Below are positions 6,853 through 18,660 of a DNA stretch of 64,000 nucleotides, piece by piece. This DNA is from an uncultured virus (IMG/VR IMGVR_UViG_3300042434_001127) (taxonomy: Duplodnaviria; Heunggongvirae; Uroviricota; Caudoviricetes). The translations under genes were made by a program, and so were the position numbers. Location of the stretch: the IMG/VR virus record IMGVR_UViG_3300042434_001127. One strand, written 5' to 3'. The notes beneath the pieces are model-generated. The model was given only the letters and a program-made list of their open reading frames with translations, did no database searches and was not told the origin of the DNA. Numbering within the stretch: the stretch's first letter is position 1; each line of letters opens with the position of its first letter.

Positions 6853-9800
6853 ATGATTGATAAGCAGATTCAAAGAATAAAGACCAACCAAATTATTGGG
6901 ACTCAACTCCCACAGTTTATTGCCGAAGAAAATCCTCTGTTTGTAGAATTTTTAAAGCAATATTATATTTCAATGGATCGCCAAGGAGGCGCTATTGATT
7001 TAAGTGAAAATATTGATCAATATTTAAACTTTGAGAATTTCCAGGAAACACTATATCTTGATGGTTCTACAACTTTAACTGCTGATATTGAAACTTACGA
7101 TGAAACCATTGCCGTTGAATCTACGGCTGCATGGCCCCAGTCATATGGTTTGCTTAAAATTGGCACAGAAATTATTACATACACTAGTAAAGATGAAACT
7201 AATTTTTATGGGTGTGTTCGTGGATTCAGTGGTGTAGAGTCTTTACACAAAACAAATTATCCTGAATATCTTGTATTTTCAGAAACTGCTGCTGAAGCAC
7301 ATATTAATACTGATACAGTTTATAATTTAAGTAATCTGTTTTCTGTAGAATTCTGGAAGAAGCTAAGAGCACAGTTTTTACCAGGATTTGAAGATAGAGA
7401 ATTAGCCGATGGGCTAAATAAGGGCAAATTTTTAACTTTTGCAAAAGATTTTTATAGATCAAAGGGTACAGATGAATCTATTAAAATTCTTTTTAAAGTT
7501 TTATACGGTGAAACAAAAGCTGATATTATTAAACCACAAGATTATTTAATTAAACCTTCTAATGCAGAATGGCTAGTTACTAAAAATCTTATTGTTCAAA
7601 GAATTAGTGGTAATGTAGAAAATATTAGAGGACAAGGAATATTCCAAGATTCACCACAAGCATCAAGCTATGTGTATGATTCTCAACTTATTAATATTGC
7701 TGGTAGTGGATTTTATCAGATTAAATTAAGTTTAGACTCTACAGTTGGTGAGTTTGCAGTTTGCCCAAATACAAAATGTACTGTTGATACTGCTTCCAAT
7801 TCTAGCACAATTACGGTAGATTCTACAATTGGTTTTGCAGAATCTGGTGAATTGTATATTAACAGCGGGATTGTAACTTATACAACAAAGTCTAGCACAC
7901 AATTCTTCAACTGTGTCGGGTTAACTACTAGCTTGGCTTTATATTCTGACATTGCTCAAAATAGTTTCATTTATTCTTATGAAAATGGTGATGAAACTCT
8001 TCCTGTTATCATGCGTGTAACAGCGCAACTCGATAAAAACGTAACCTTAGCAGAAAACACTAAGTATTTGTCAGTTGGTGATGAAATTAAGGTAAAAACT
8101 TTAGGTGAAGAAGTTATTCCTAACACGTATAATGGTAAATTTGATCATTGGTTATATAATTTAGTTTATGAAGTAGAAGTTCAACCAAGACAATTTGGTG
8201 TTGTATCGCCATCGTCACCATCTACTATCAATACAAAGCAAGCTCATGGCTTTAGAATTAATGATAGTGTAACTTTAATTGATACTCAAAGTTTACAAGA
8301 GATTGATGGTACTGTAATTCAAACGAATACATCGGATTCATTTACGTTTAGTTTTTCTGGTTCATTATCACAAACATCATCATATGTTGCCAGAAGAAAT
8401 ATTAAGTATTCTTCTGGAGTTGGTACATCATTTGATGAAGTAACTTCTTTAGTATCAGATATTCAAAATACTTATATTGACAGAGAAAAGAAAAATCTTT
8501 ATGTTACATCTTCTGGATTGCCATCATATGATATTACTGCTGGAATACCAGCACTATCAAAATTAAAATATTTTAGTGTTGGAACTGGAACTACTGATGT
8601 TATTAATATTATTAATCATGGGTATTATTCTGGTGATAAGGTAGTTTTTGATTCAAACGGTAACTCAATATCAGGAATCAATACTGGTATATTTTTTGTT
8701 AAAAAAATAGATAATAATAATATAAAATTAGCTTTTAGCCAGTCGAGAATTTTCATTAATGATTATATTCAATTAATTAATGGAAATGGAGTTAATGGTT
8801 ACACTATTTGTGAGGCATCTCAAAGCAAAAAACTTTTAGGCAATCAAAATATTTTAAAAAGGATACCTATAACACCCAAGAATAAAAATCCTGAAGAAGT
8901 AGTAAAAACAGGTCCTATTGGTATTTTGGTTAATGGTGTAGAAATTATATCCAACAAATTTTCAGATACTGCGTATTATGGTCAAATTGAATCAGTTGAT
9001 GTTTTAAATTCGGGAAGAAATTATGATGTTATCAATCCACCGCAATTACTAATATCAGATTCTGTAGGTTTTGGAGCTACTGGTGTTGCCCATGTTTCTG
9101 GTTCATTAACTAATGTAATTGTTACAAATCCAGGATATGATTATAAAACAGCACCAGTTGTTACAATTTTAGGTGGAAATGGTTCTGGAGCAACTGCTGA
9201 GGCTAGACTGAGATCTGTATTAAATTCAATCAAATTTAATTCAATCGCAGGAGTCAATACTAGCACGGATATTATTGGTTTTGGTACATATCACAAATTT
9301 TCTAATGGTGAAGAAGTTGTTTATAAAACATTAGGCAATACTGCTATTGGAATTGGTACTACAGGCAATAATAATACAACAGAATTTTTAATTAATAATT
9401 CAAAATATTATGTAATTGTCAAAACAGAGACAGATCTTTCACTCACAACAAGAAAATCAGATGCTTTAGCAGGAATTAACACTATCAATTTAACTCGTGT
9501 AGGATCTGGAAGTCATCAACTAGTATCCAGCACTGTGAGAAATGTAATTGATAAAATTGTTGTTACTAATCCTGGCAGTAATTATAGAAATAAAAAAGTA
9601 TTAATTCCTTCACAACAATATCCACCACAAGACTACAAAGATATTAAAACCGCTATCGTTGGAATTAATACCTTAGATAATTATATTTTTGCAAAAAATC
9701 ACGGATTTGAATCTGGTGATGTAATTGAATATTTTAGCTCATCCGTTAATATTTCTGGCTTATCTTCGGCAATTCAATACCAAGCTATAAAAATTGATTC

Positions 9801-12800
9801 TGACAAGTTTAGATTAGCTTCTGCTGGCATTGGAACTACGTTTACTTCAGAAAATTATAAAACAAATAATTATGTAAGACTTGATAACTTTGGCTCAGGA
9901 ACTCATACTTTTAAATACCCCGATATTACAATTTATGTAGCAGGTCTTCCAAATAATTCTAATGTTAGCGGTATTTCAACAACTCAATCTTCAAATATTA
10001 ATACGACACAAGCTACTGCAGTTCCTGTTGTAACTGGTTTTGTTGATGGCATTTTTGTATCTGAAGGTGGTATTTCTTATGGTTCTGAAGATATTTTAAA
10101 CTTCGATAGAAAACCAACTTGCACGGCTTCCAGTGGTTCTGGTGCAGTAATTGCACCAATCATTAATAATGGCGGTATTGATGAAGTTTATGTATTAAAT
10201 GGTGGTTCTGGATATGTCTCCACACCATCAATTACAATTAGTGGAGATGGCAAATACGCTAAACTTTTCCCAAGAATTGAAAATGGTGTTTTAGTTTCTG
10301 TTGATGTTATAGATTCTGGTTCTGGATATAATTCAAACAACACTGAACTAACTGTAGTCACTAGTGGCAGTGGTTGCATTTTATCGCCCAATATTCAAAG
10401 ATGGACAGTTAATACTTACAAAAAGCATGAAGCTCAATTAACAAATCCAAATAATACAGATGATTTAATTATTGTTGAGCCATTTAATAAAAACAATAAC
10501 TTTAATCAAGCTGTATCTGTTACTGCTCCAAGATCATTAAGATACTTATTAAATGACAATATCAATTCCTCTTTGGTAGAAGTTGGTATTAATACTACAC
10601 ATTCACCAATTATCGGATGGGCATATGATGGTAACCCAATTTATGGTCCTTATGGGTCTAAAAATCCAAAATCTATTTCCAATTTAACAGAAATAGAATC
10701 TAGCTATATCTTAGTTTCAAAGTCAAATAGACCAAACTTCCCAGCAGGATTTTTTGTTGAAGATTATGAATATAGTGGTGATGGCGATTTGGATGAGTAT
10801 AATGGAAGATATTGCATTACACCAGAATTTCCAACTGGAACATATGCATATTTTGCAACACGTAATAACTTCCCATATATTTTAAATAATTTTAGAAGCG
10901 ATGTTGATAAATTTAACTATGATTTTTCAAAATTACAGAATTATTTGGAGATCTTAGAGACAGATATTTTAAGAAATACAACTCCTTATAAATTAACAAC
11001 TCCAGAAACAAATTATTTTGCAGCCCCTCAAGTTAAATCTGAAAGAGAAAAATCAGAAGTAGTTGCAGTATATGCTGCTGGAATTTCATCTGTACGTGTA
11101 TTACTCTCTGGAGATGGATATAGAGTTGGAGATAATATTGTATTCAACAATACTGATAGTTTTGGTAGAGGAGCTGACGCAGAAGTTTCTGAAATTTTAG
11201 GAAAAACCATTAATTCAGTTAGCTATGCATCTACTACTTTTAGTGGAGTTGAATTTATTTACAATAATGATTTGGTAACTGGTATTACATCAATTCCTCA
11301 CAAATTATCAGATGGAGATGTAGTTAACGTTTCTGGTATCAGTACTTATGCATTTAAATCTTTTGAGGGAACATACAGAGTTGGAGTTTCTTCAATTACC
11401 ACTATTTTAGAAGTTGGTATTGGAACTACTGGCGTTACTGGCATGACAACAGATGTTTCATTACTGGAAAAATCATTTACTGGTAGAATTAAAATTAATG
11501 ACATTATTGGCATCAATAGTGAAAGATTTTTAATTCTAGATGCAAATAGAAACACTGGTGCTTATAAAGTATTAAGGCAGTATAATTCAACTTTAGGCAC
11601 TGCACACACAACTGGTAGAGAAGTTTCTTTAGATCAACGTTATTTCACATATAATGTATCTGGTTTTACTACAAATGCTCCTTTAAGAGAAAATAAAACC
11701 GAATATTTTGATCCACAAACATCAGTTGGTGTTGGAACTACAACCACAAGAACATTAGTTGGATATGGTATATCTGCAATTTATGTTGGTGTTCAAACTG
11801 GACAAGGTTCTTACACACGTATCAATTTTGCAGCAAATCCTTTTAAAGTTGGAGATTATGTTCAAGTATCTGGTGGATCCTTAAGCATTACTGAAGCTGC
11901 AGTTGTATCCGCATCATCTACATCAATTTTACTTAATCATAATAGCACATCTGTGGTCGGTGTTGCTACCACTGGCATCGTTAGACTTAGAAAACTATAC
12001 AATATTGATGCAAGAAACATATTCTTACCTGGGCACGGGTATGAGAATGGACAAAAATTAAAGTACACCTTTATTGCTGGTGCTGGCTTAACATGCTCAT
12101 CAAATTCATCTTTAACACCAACAATTACATTACAAAATAATCAAATTGTTTATGCAGTTAAAGTTGATAATGATAACATTGGTATTGTAACCACGTTAGC
12201 AGGAATAGGTAGTACATCAACTAGATTATATTTTACTGGAATTTCAACTTTCAGAGGTAATGTACATGGGTTCACTGCTTTAAAAAATGATTTAATTGGA
12301 AGTATTACTAGAAATAGAGCCCAGATCATTACAAATGTAAATCATGGATTGCAAATTAATGATCAAATAGAACTAGATCTTGTTGCTAATAAGTCTGAAT
12401 CGGTAATTTTAAAGTACAATGATACTAACGCAAAATTAGTTGTAAATCCTGTAAGTTTTGGTTCTACTCAGGTTGGTGTTGGATCAACATTATCATATAT
12501 TAATATACCAGCGCACAAATTAAATACAGGTGATAAAGTTATCTACGAAGCATCTACTCCTATTACCTCTTTAGTAAATCAAAGAGAATATTTTGTAATT
12601 AAATTAGATGATAATAATATCAAATTAGCAGAATCGTATCATAATGCCACAAGAACAAATTATATTGAATTACCACTTAATTCTTCTGGTTCTGCAACAC
12701 AAACTTTATCACCAATCAATCCAAAGTTAAACTTTATTAGAAATAGCACAGTTGGGTTTGCAATTTCTGATGCATCTTTACAAAATTTAAAAGTTGTATT

Positions 12801-15800
12801 CTACGACAGTGAAGATTTTACTAATCCAAATTATGAACAAAATGTAATTAGAGCTGGTTCTCCTGGTGATGGATCTGCAAATACAAAAGTTACTTTAATT
12901 ATTGATGATACTATTCCAGACACAATTTATTATCGTGCAATTCCTGTTGGAATATCTAGTATCAATAATAATGCCTTAGGATTAACTGTAGACAAAGATA
13001 ATCCAAACGCAGGAAAAATTACAATTCGTAATAGTGCGTATAAAGGAGCATTTGACATTGTTTCGGTTGGAAACAGCACTATTTTCTTTAATTTGAATGA
13101 ATTGCCAGAAGCAAATTCATATACTCCAAGCGGCGTTACTACGACTTCATATGTAACAACATCAGCAACAGCAACTGGCGGTATATCTGATGTTAAGGTT
13201 AATTTTGCTGGAGTTGGTTACAAATTTATTCCTGGAATTAGCACAATTACCACAGATTCTGGTACAGGTGGGTTAGTTAGAGCATATTCTGACACAATTG
13301 GTAAAATTAAAACTATTAGCTTGTCGCTTCCTGGGTATGATTATCCTACTGACAAAACTATTTCTCCAAAGGCAGATACACCTATTGTATTAAGAATTAA
13401 AAATAATAACAGATTAGCTTCAGTACAAGTTTTAAGTGGTGGAAGAAATTATACTACTCCACCCAAACTGAAAGTTATTGGAAATGATACCATTATTTTA
13501 GAATCAAAGGTTACTGGCAATTCAGTAACGTCTGTGACTATTTTAAATAATTCTGGAGGACTAACAGAAATTGGACCTGAAATTATTCCTATTTTTAATA
13601 GCAATGGCGTTGCTGTAATAGATGGTTATAGTAGTGGAACTGATGTAACTCTTCTTTTAAAAGCCCCTACAAATGGTTTTACATCATTCCCATTCCAAAT
13701 TGGTGATAATGTGTTTGTTGAAGGTATTGTAGGTCTTGGTAGCACAGGAACTATTGGTAGTGGATATAATTCGGAAGATTATGGTTACAGAAACTTTACT
13801 GTTACTCAAAGAGTTACTACTTTAGGCTCTGAAAGTATTACTTATTCAATTGCTGGAATTGGTACAACTGCTGGAACATTTGATGTTACTAATAGTGCTG
13901 GTAGAGTTATTAAGACTTCAGATTTAGCAATATTTGATGCAATTGTAGAACCTACAGATTTTTATAGTGAAGAAAAAGTACTAGTTAATCAAAGTTCTTC
14001 TAAAATTGGATTAAATGGCTGGGATAGAACTAGAAGAATTTTAAAAATTTCAGGTAGAGGCATTAATCCTTCATTGGGTGACATTGTTTCTGGTGCTGTA
14101 TCTGGTTCTGTTGGAGAAATTGAAGAAATCATTACAAATGATTCTAATTATAGCACAAACTCTACAATTACTTTAAATGCCGCTTCAACATGGCTAAGTG
14201 ATTCTGGTATTTTAAATAATTCATTACAAAAAATTCAAGATAGTGATTATTATCAAAACTTCTCATATTCAATTAAGAGTACAGTTCCAAAATCAACTTG
14301 GGAAGAGCCAGTTAATAGTTTAGTGCATTCAGTTGGATTTAAAAACTTTAGTGATTTAGTATTGAATAGCAAATCTTTGGCGGGAATTGCCAGAAGTGAT
14401 AACTTAAAAGTATCCATTGGATCTTCTGAAATTACTACTATTGTTGCCATTGATAACGTTGCATCAATGTACACAAGATTTGGATTTGATTTTGGCACAG
14501 AAGAAGCAACTTTTCTTGGAGTCTCTAAATTTGTAAATTTTGCAAACAATAAACTTACTGATTACTCTATTTGTAATACCAATAAAGTTTTAAAAATTGA
14601 TGATATTAGTTCTCAATTTACTGGTATTGGTAGTTTTGGAACTACTGTTGGAGTAACATCATTCTCCCTAACAAGCCAAGGAAATGCATTACTTAAGAAA
14701 ACTTTTGATTCTACTAACTTATCTGTAGTTTCAGCTGGTAGTAGCACCTTGTTTATTCCAGGGCACGATTTTAGCACAGGAGAAGAATTAGTATATAACC
14801 CAGGTCCAGGAGGATCTTTCATCTCAATTGCATCTACAAATAGAACAGTTACTGGTGTCACTACAACAAAACTTCCAACTACAGTATTTGCCTATAAGGT
14901 AAATTCAAATATTATTAAGCTTTCTGGAATTAAGACAGATGCCACAACCAATAATATTTTCTTCACTTTTGCAGCTTTCTCTGGTGTAGGTTCTACGGTT
15001 GGTGCTGGTCAAACACATAGATTAGCAACTAACTTTAACGTAGCCAATACTCGTGCAGTGATTACAATTGATAATATAATTCAGAGTCCTTTGTATAGAA
15101 AGAAAGTCTCAACCGCATTAGCTAGTAACATTGGCGCTGCAGCAACAACGATCACATTAACTGGTATTACTTCAATCGCAACAAATACTTTACTTCAAGT
15201 TGATTCTGAAATACTACAAGCCAGTGTAGTTGGATTTGGTTCTACAAACGTTGTTACAGTTTCTAGAGGTGTTTTTGGTACTCCACAGACAACACATACT
15301 GTAGGGGCTGCTGTAACTGTATTAGGTGGTGATTATAGCATCAATGATGGCACTATTTACTTTGTTGCTCCACCATACGGACCAGTCGGTGTTAGCACTT
15401 TACAACCTGGCATTTCTACAAATTCTTCGTTTACAGGTAGAATATTCTATAGACTCAACTATAAAGAAAACTTTATTTTTGATGATATTTCTAACGATTT
15501 TAATGGTTCTAAGAAAGTATTCACATTACAACAAAATAATCAAGATGTAACTGGTATTATTACTGGTGGAAATTCAAATTATGGAATAGTTCTTATTAAT
15601 AATATCAATCAACAACCAACAATTGATTACACAATAGCTCAAAGAGTTTCTCCTGGTATTGGGGCATCGATTACATTTACTGGAACTGATGTTGAATCTA
15701 TTCCTAGAGGTGGAGTTATTGATAGAGTTGTAGCTGGTTTTGGATCTGGTTATCAACCATTAGAGCAAGCTTTTGCAGTTTGTTCAGTATCAGCTGGTGG

Positions 15801-18630
15801 AACAATTCAATCTGTTGCAATTACTACTTCAGGTTCTGGATATAGAAGTGCTCCAGTTGTTAGTATCGCAAGCACTGTTGGTGGAAGTGGTGGATCTATT
15901 ACTGCCACAGTTACAAATGGTGTTATTAGTGGGTTAACCATTGCTAATGGTGGTTCTGGGTATAGTCAAGCAAGCCCTCCAATTATAACTGTGGGTGTTC
16001 CTACAGCATATGCAAATTTAAATCTCGTTGGAGGTTCTGGAAGTGGCGCTAAAGTTAATGTGCAGGTTGGTGTAGGAAGAAGTGTAATACTATTTGATAT
16101 CATTAATAGAGGTTATGGCTACAAACCAAATGATGTTCTAACAATTACTGGTGTTCCAGTAGTAACTGGAATTGGAACCAGTGCATTTACCCTTAGAGTA
16201 TCTGATGTTATTACAAACGAATTTTCTGGATGGAGTTTTGGATTATTAGACAGACTTGATGATATTTCACAATCTTTTAATGGAGTAAGAAAAACCTTCC
16301 GATTAACTAAAACTGTAATTACTGCAAACCCATATAGTATTGATGCTGGTGCTGGCTCTGGAATTGATGTAGCTAACAATCTTTTAATCTTCATTAATGA
16401 TATTCTTCAACAGCCTGGAAGAGATTACATCTTTACTGGTGGAACACAAATTACATTTACAGAAGCTCCTCCATCAGGAAGCAAATTCCAGATATTATTC
16501 TATAAAGGTTCTGATGCAGATGTAATTGATGTAGACATCAGTGAAACTATTAAAGTTGGAGATTTTATTAAGTTAAATAAAAACCTTCCATATCCAGATC
16601 AATTTAATAGAATTGTTGAGGAAATTACTAAGAGAGATCAGGTTCAAACTAATAATTATTTTGATATTGGTATCTCAACATCACCCGAAATTAGAAGAAT
16701 TATTGATTGGACTAAACAAACATCTGATTTAGTTATTAATAATGAAGTTGTGTCTAAAGCTAGAACAAATTATGTTTCTAGAATTAAACCAACTTCTAGA
16801 ATTATTAAAAACATCCTTGCAAGTGATTCAACAATTTATATTGAAAATGCATTCCCATTCTTCAGACAATTAGACAATTATTTACAAGAAGATAATGAGA
16901 TTTTAATTGTCGATGAGGTAGATGTTGCTGCGGCAACTGGATCTGCAACTGTATCTGCTGCAAGCACTGTTGAAAATGTAGCCTTGACATTTGCTGGATA
17001 TGGTTATACAACTTCTGCAGCTCCTCTTGTTAGTGTGGCATCAACAATTCCGCAAATAAGAGAAATAGGAAAAACTTGGACAGTTGGTATTATAACATCC
17101 ACAGGACTTTCATATAAAGATCTGGCGTATGGAAAAGGATTATTTGTGGCAGTTAGTGATGCTGGATATATCTCAACATCAACAAACTTAATTTCATGGT
17201 CAACATATAATGAAGAGCCATCTAATTTTACCGCAATTGGTTTTGGTAGTGATAAATTTGCTATCGTCGGTGATAATGCAGAAGCAGTAGTTTCTTCATT
17301 AGGATCTCAAGGGTCTTGGTTTGATTCTCCAGTATTTTATAGTAGAACTTATAATGGTATTAATTTCTCGTATATTTTGGTTCCATCGTTTACTAGAGAT
17401 TTAAAGGATGTCGCATATGGTAATGATGTCTTTATTGCCGTAGGAACTGGTGGCACATCTATTGTTTCTGCATATGGTTCTAGTGGTATCGGTACTGCTT
17501 GGGTTGTTAGAAGTACTCCAATTACAAATACATTAAACTCAATTACATATGCAAATAATGGATTTGTTGCTGTTGGTAATGGTGGTAGAATAGTCACCAC
17601 AGTTGACGGTTATACTTGGAATGAAGTTCCATCTTCAGCTTCAGTTACAACACAAAACTTAATGGCAGTTTCTTATGTAAATGATAAGTATATTGCTGTT
17701 GGTATGAATGGAACTATCATTTATTCTTATAATGCAGATATTTGGTTTACTGCAACTTCTAACACAAGTGTTGAACTATATTCAATAATTCACACTGATG
17801 GTGTTTATGTCATAACAGGAGAAAATGGATTAGTATTAAATTCAATCGATGGAATAAACTGGAATAAGCGTCTTGCTGCGATTACTACAAATATTAATAA
17901 AATTATTTCTTATCCATCTGGAATTATTGGTGTTGGAACTGGAGCAAGTTATGCATATTCTGCTCCAGAAAAAAATAGGGCACAATTTACCTCGACTGTT
18001 TCTGCTGCTGGAACAATTTCAGCTTTAACAATTGTTGATGGTGGATTTGGTTATAACCCATCAGCTCCTGTTCAGGTTTTAATTTCACCACCATCTGCAA
18101 AATATGAAATTGTTTCTAATGTAGATGCTGTTGGTGATTTTGGTGTTATTACTGGAATTGGAACTAGTGCTACAGGTGTAAGCACAACATCGCCAATGCT
18201 CAAATTTAATTTTGATTGTGACGATAGATTAAATGTTACCAAATATGGATTTATTGCTAGAAGTGGAATATCAACTGGCGATTACTTCATTATTAAAAAT
18301 TCATGTGTTGGAAATGGAGTTACTTCATTAGACAATGGAGCTACTTTAGGTATTGGATCTACCTTTGTAGATAATGTTTATCGTGCAGATGGTATTATTA
18401 ATGATGGTGTTTCTGGCATTGTCACTGTATTTTCAAATGTTCAATCAATTTCAGGAATAGGTTCTACATCTTTTGCAAATTGTGCCGAATATTCTTGGGG
18501 TAAACTATACAACTTTAATACTAGAACTAATCCAGAAGAATTTAAAGTAAACTTAAGTCGCGGAGTAACAGGAGTATCAACCGCTCCAGTTATTACAAGA
18601 ATAAACGCTTTAAAAGAAGAGTTTACATAA
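6853..18630 (+). CDS. gp7: Giant baseplate wedge protein (gp7-like), 3925 aa
   Basis: N-terminal QLPQFI.E...FYRSKGTDESIKILFKVLYG; DSDYYQNFSYSIKS; lies between gp6 and gp8. Confidence 0.8.
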   Translation: MIDKQIQRIKTNQIIGTQLPQFIAEENPLFVEFLKQYYISMDRQGGAIDLSENIDQYLNFENFQETLYLDGSTTLTADIETYDETIAVESTAAWPQSYGLLKIGTEIITYTSKDETNFYGCVRGFSGVESLHKTNYPEYLVFSETAAEAHINTDTVYNLSNLFSVEFWKKLRAQFLPGFEDRELADGLNKGKFLTFAKDFYRSKGTDESIKILFKVLYGETKADIIKPQDYLIKPSNAEWLVTKNLIVQRISGNVENIRGQGIFQDSPQASSYVYDSQLINIAGSGFYQIKLSLDSTVGEFAVCPNTKCTVDTASNSSTITVDSTIGFAESGELYINSGIVTYTTKSSTQFFNCVGLTTSLALYSDIAQNSFIYSYENGDETLPVIMRVTAQLDKNVTLAENTKYLSVGDEIKVKTLGEEVIPNTYNGKFDHWLYNLVYEVEVQPRQFGVVSPSSPSTINTKQAHGFRINDSVTLIDTQSLQEIDGTVIQTNTSDSFTFSFSGSLSQTSSYVARRNIKYSSGVGTSFDEVTSLVSDIQNTYIDREKKNLYVTSSGLPSYDITAGIPALSKLKYFSVGTGTTDVINIINHGYYSGDKVVFDSNGNSISGINTGIFFVKKIDNNNIKLAFSQSRIFINDYIQLINGNGVNGYTICEASQSKKLLGNQNILKRIPITPKNKNPEEVVKTGPIGILVNGVEIISNKFSDTAYYGQIESVDVLNSGRNYDVINPPQLLISDSVGFGATGVAHVSGSLTNVIVTNPGYDYKTAPVVTILGGNGSGATAEARLRSVLNSIKFNSIAGVNTSTDIIGFGTYHKFSNGEEVVYKTLGNTAIGIGTTGNNNTTEFLINNSKYYVIVKTETDLSLTTRKSDALAGINTINLTRVGSGSHQLVSSTVRNVIDKIVVTNPGSNYRNKKVLIPSQQYPPQDYKDIKTAIVGINTLDNYIFAKNHGFESGDVIEYFSSSVNISGLSSAIQYQAIKIDSDKFRLASAGIGTTFTSENYKTNNYVRLDNFGSGTHTFKYPDITIYVAGLPNNSNVSGISTTQSSNINTTQATAVPVVTGFVDGIFVSEGGISYGSEDILNFDRKPTCTASSGSGAVIAPIINNGGIDEVYVLNGGSGYVSTPSITISGDGKYAKLFPRIENGVLVSVDVIDSGSGYNSNNTELTVVTSGSGCILSPNIQRWTVNTYKKHEAQLTNPNNTDDLIIVEPFNKNNNFNQAVSVTAPRSLRYLLNDNINSSLVEVGINTTHSPIIGWAYDGNPIYGPYGSKNPKSISNLTEIESSYILVSKSNRPNFPAGFFVEDYEYSGDGDLDEYNGRYCITPEFPTGTYAYFATRNNFPYILNNFRSDVDKFNYDFSKLQNYLEILETDILRNTTPYKLTTPETNYFAAPQVKSEREKSEVVAVYAAGISSVRVLLSGDGYRVGDNIVFNNTDSFGRGADAEVSEILGKTINSVSYASTTFSGVEFIYNNDLVTGITSIPHKLSDGDVVNVSGISTYAFKSFEGTYRVGVSSITTILEVGIGTTGVTGMTTDVSLLEKSFTGRIKINDIIGINSERFLILDANRNTGAYKVLRQYNSTLGTAHTTGREVSLDQRYFTYNVSGFTTNAPLRENKTEYFDPQTSVGVGTTTTRTLVGYGISAIYVGVQTGQGSYTRINFAANPFKVGDYVQVSGGSLSITEAAVVSASSTSILLNHNSTSVVGVATTGIVRLRKLYNIDARNIFLPGHGYENGQKLKYTFIAGAGLTCSSNSSLTPTITLQNNQIVYAVKVDNDNIGIVTTLAGIGSTSTRLYFTGISTFRGNVHGFTALKNDLIGSITRNRAQIITNVNHGLQINDQIELDLVANKSESVILKYNDTNAKLVVNPVSFGSTQVGVGSTLSYINIPAHKLNTGDKVIYEASTPITSLVNQREYFVIKLDDNNIKLAESYHNATRTNYIELPLNSSGSATQTLSPINPKLNFIRNSTVGFAISDASLQNLKVVFYDSEDFTNPNYEQNVIRAGSPGDGSANTKVTLIIDDTIPDTIYYRAIPVGISSINNNALGLTVDKDNPNAGKITIRNSAYKGAFDIVSVGNSTIFFNLNELPEANSYTPSGVTTTSYVTTSATATGGISDVKVNFAGVGYKFIPGISTITTDSGTGGLVRAYSDTIGKIKTISLSLPGYDYPTDKTISPKADTPIVLRIKNNNRLASVQVLSGGRNYTTPPKLKVIGNDTIILESKVTGNSVTSVTILNNSGGLTEIGPEIIPIFNSNGVAVIDGYSSGTDVTLLLKAPTNGFTSFPFQIGDNVFVEGIVGLGSTGTIGSGYNSEDYGYRNFTVTQRVTTLGSESITYSIAGIGTTAGTFDVTNSAGRVIKTSDLAIFDAIVEPTDFYSEEKVLVNQSSSKIGLNGWDRTRRILKISGRGINPSLGDIVSGAVSGSVGEIEEIITNDSNYSTNSTITLNAASTWLSDSGILNNSLQKIQDSDYYQNFSYSIKSTVPKSTWEEPVNSLVHSVGFKNFSDLVLNSKSLAGIARSDNLKVSIGSSEITTIVAIDNVASMYTRFGFDFGTEEATFLGVSKFVNFANNKLTDYSICNTNKVLKIDDISSQFTGIGSFGTTVGVTSFSLTSQGNALLKKTFDSTNLSVVSAGSSTLFIPGHDFSTGEELVYNPGPGGSFISIASTNRTVTGVTTTKLPTTVFAYKVNSNIIKLSGIKTDATTNNIFFTFAAFSGVGSTVGAGQTHRLATNFNVANTRAVITIDNIIQSPLYRKKVSTALASNIGAAATTITLTGITSIATNTLLQVDSEILQASVVGFGSTNVVTVSRGVFGTPQTTHTVGAAVTVLGGDYSINDGTIYFVAPPYGPVGVSTLQPGISTNSSFTGRIFYRLNYKENFIFDDISNDFNGSKKVFTLQQNNQDVTGIITGGNSNYGIVLINNINQQPTIDYTIAQRVSPGIGASITFTGTDVESIPRGGVIDRVVAGFGSGYQPLEQAFAVCSVSAGGTIQSVAITTSGSGYRSAPVVSIASTVGGSGGSITATVTNGVISGLTIANGGSGYSQASPPIITVGVPTAYANLNLVGGSGSGAKVNVQVGVGRSVILFDIINRGYGYKPNDVLTITGVPVVTGIGTSAFTLRVSDVITNEFSGWSFGLLDRLDDISQSFNGVRKTFRLTKTVITANPYSIDAGAGSGIDVANNLLIFINDILQQPGRDYIFTGGTQITFTEAPPSGSKFQILFYKGSDADVIDVDISETIKVGDFIKLNKNLPYPDQFNRIVEEITKRDQVQTNNYFDIGISTSPEIRRIIDWTKQTSDLVINNEVVSKARTNYVSRIKPTSRIIKNILASDSTIYIENAFPFFRQLDNYLQEDNEILIVDEVDVAAATGSATVSAASTVENVALTFAGYGYTTSAAPLVSVASTIPQIREIGKTWTVGIITSTGLSYKDLAYGKGLFVAVSDAGYISTSTNLISWSTYNEEPSNFTAIGFGSDKFAIVGDNAEAVVSSLGSQGSWFDSPVFYSRTYNGINFSYILVPSFTRDLKDVAYGNDVFIAVGTGGTSIVSAYGSSGIGTAWVVRSTPITNTLNSITYANNGFVAVGNGGRIVTTVDGYTWNEVPSSASVTTQNLMAVSYVNDKYIAVGMNGTIIYSYNADIWFTATSNTSVELYSIIHTDGVYVITGENGLVLNSIDGINWNKRLAAITTNINKIISYPSGIIGVGTGASYAYSAPEKNRAQFTSTVSAAGTISALTIVDGGFGYNPSAPVQVLISPPSAKYEIVSNVDAVGDFGVITGIGTSATGVSTTSPMLKFNFDCDDRLNVTKYGFIARSGISTGDYFIIKNSCVGNGVTSLDNGATLGIGSTFVDNVYRADGIINDGVSGIVTVFSNVQSISGIGSTSFANCAEYSWGKLYNFNTRTNPEEFKVNLSRGVTGVSTAPVITRINALKEEFT

Positions 18631-18634
18631 CGAG

Positions 18635-18641
18635 ATAAATA
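18635..18641 (+). promoter_or_regulatory. Late promoter
   Basis: ATAAATA before gp8. Confidence 0.65.
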
Positions 18642-18660
18642 ACTAAAAAACTATAAAAAT

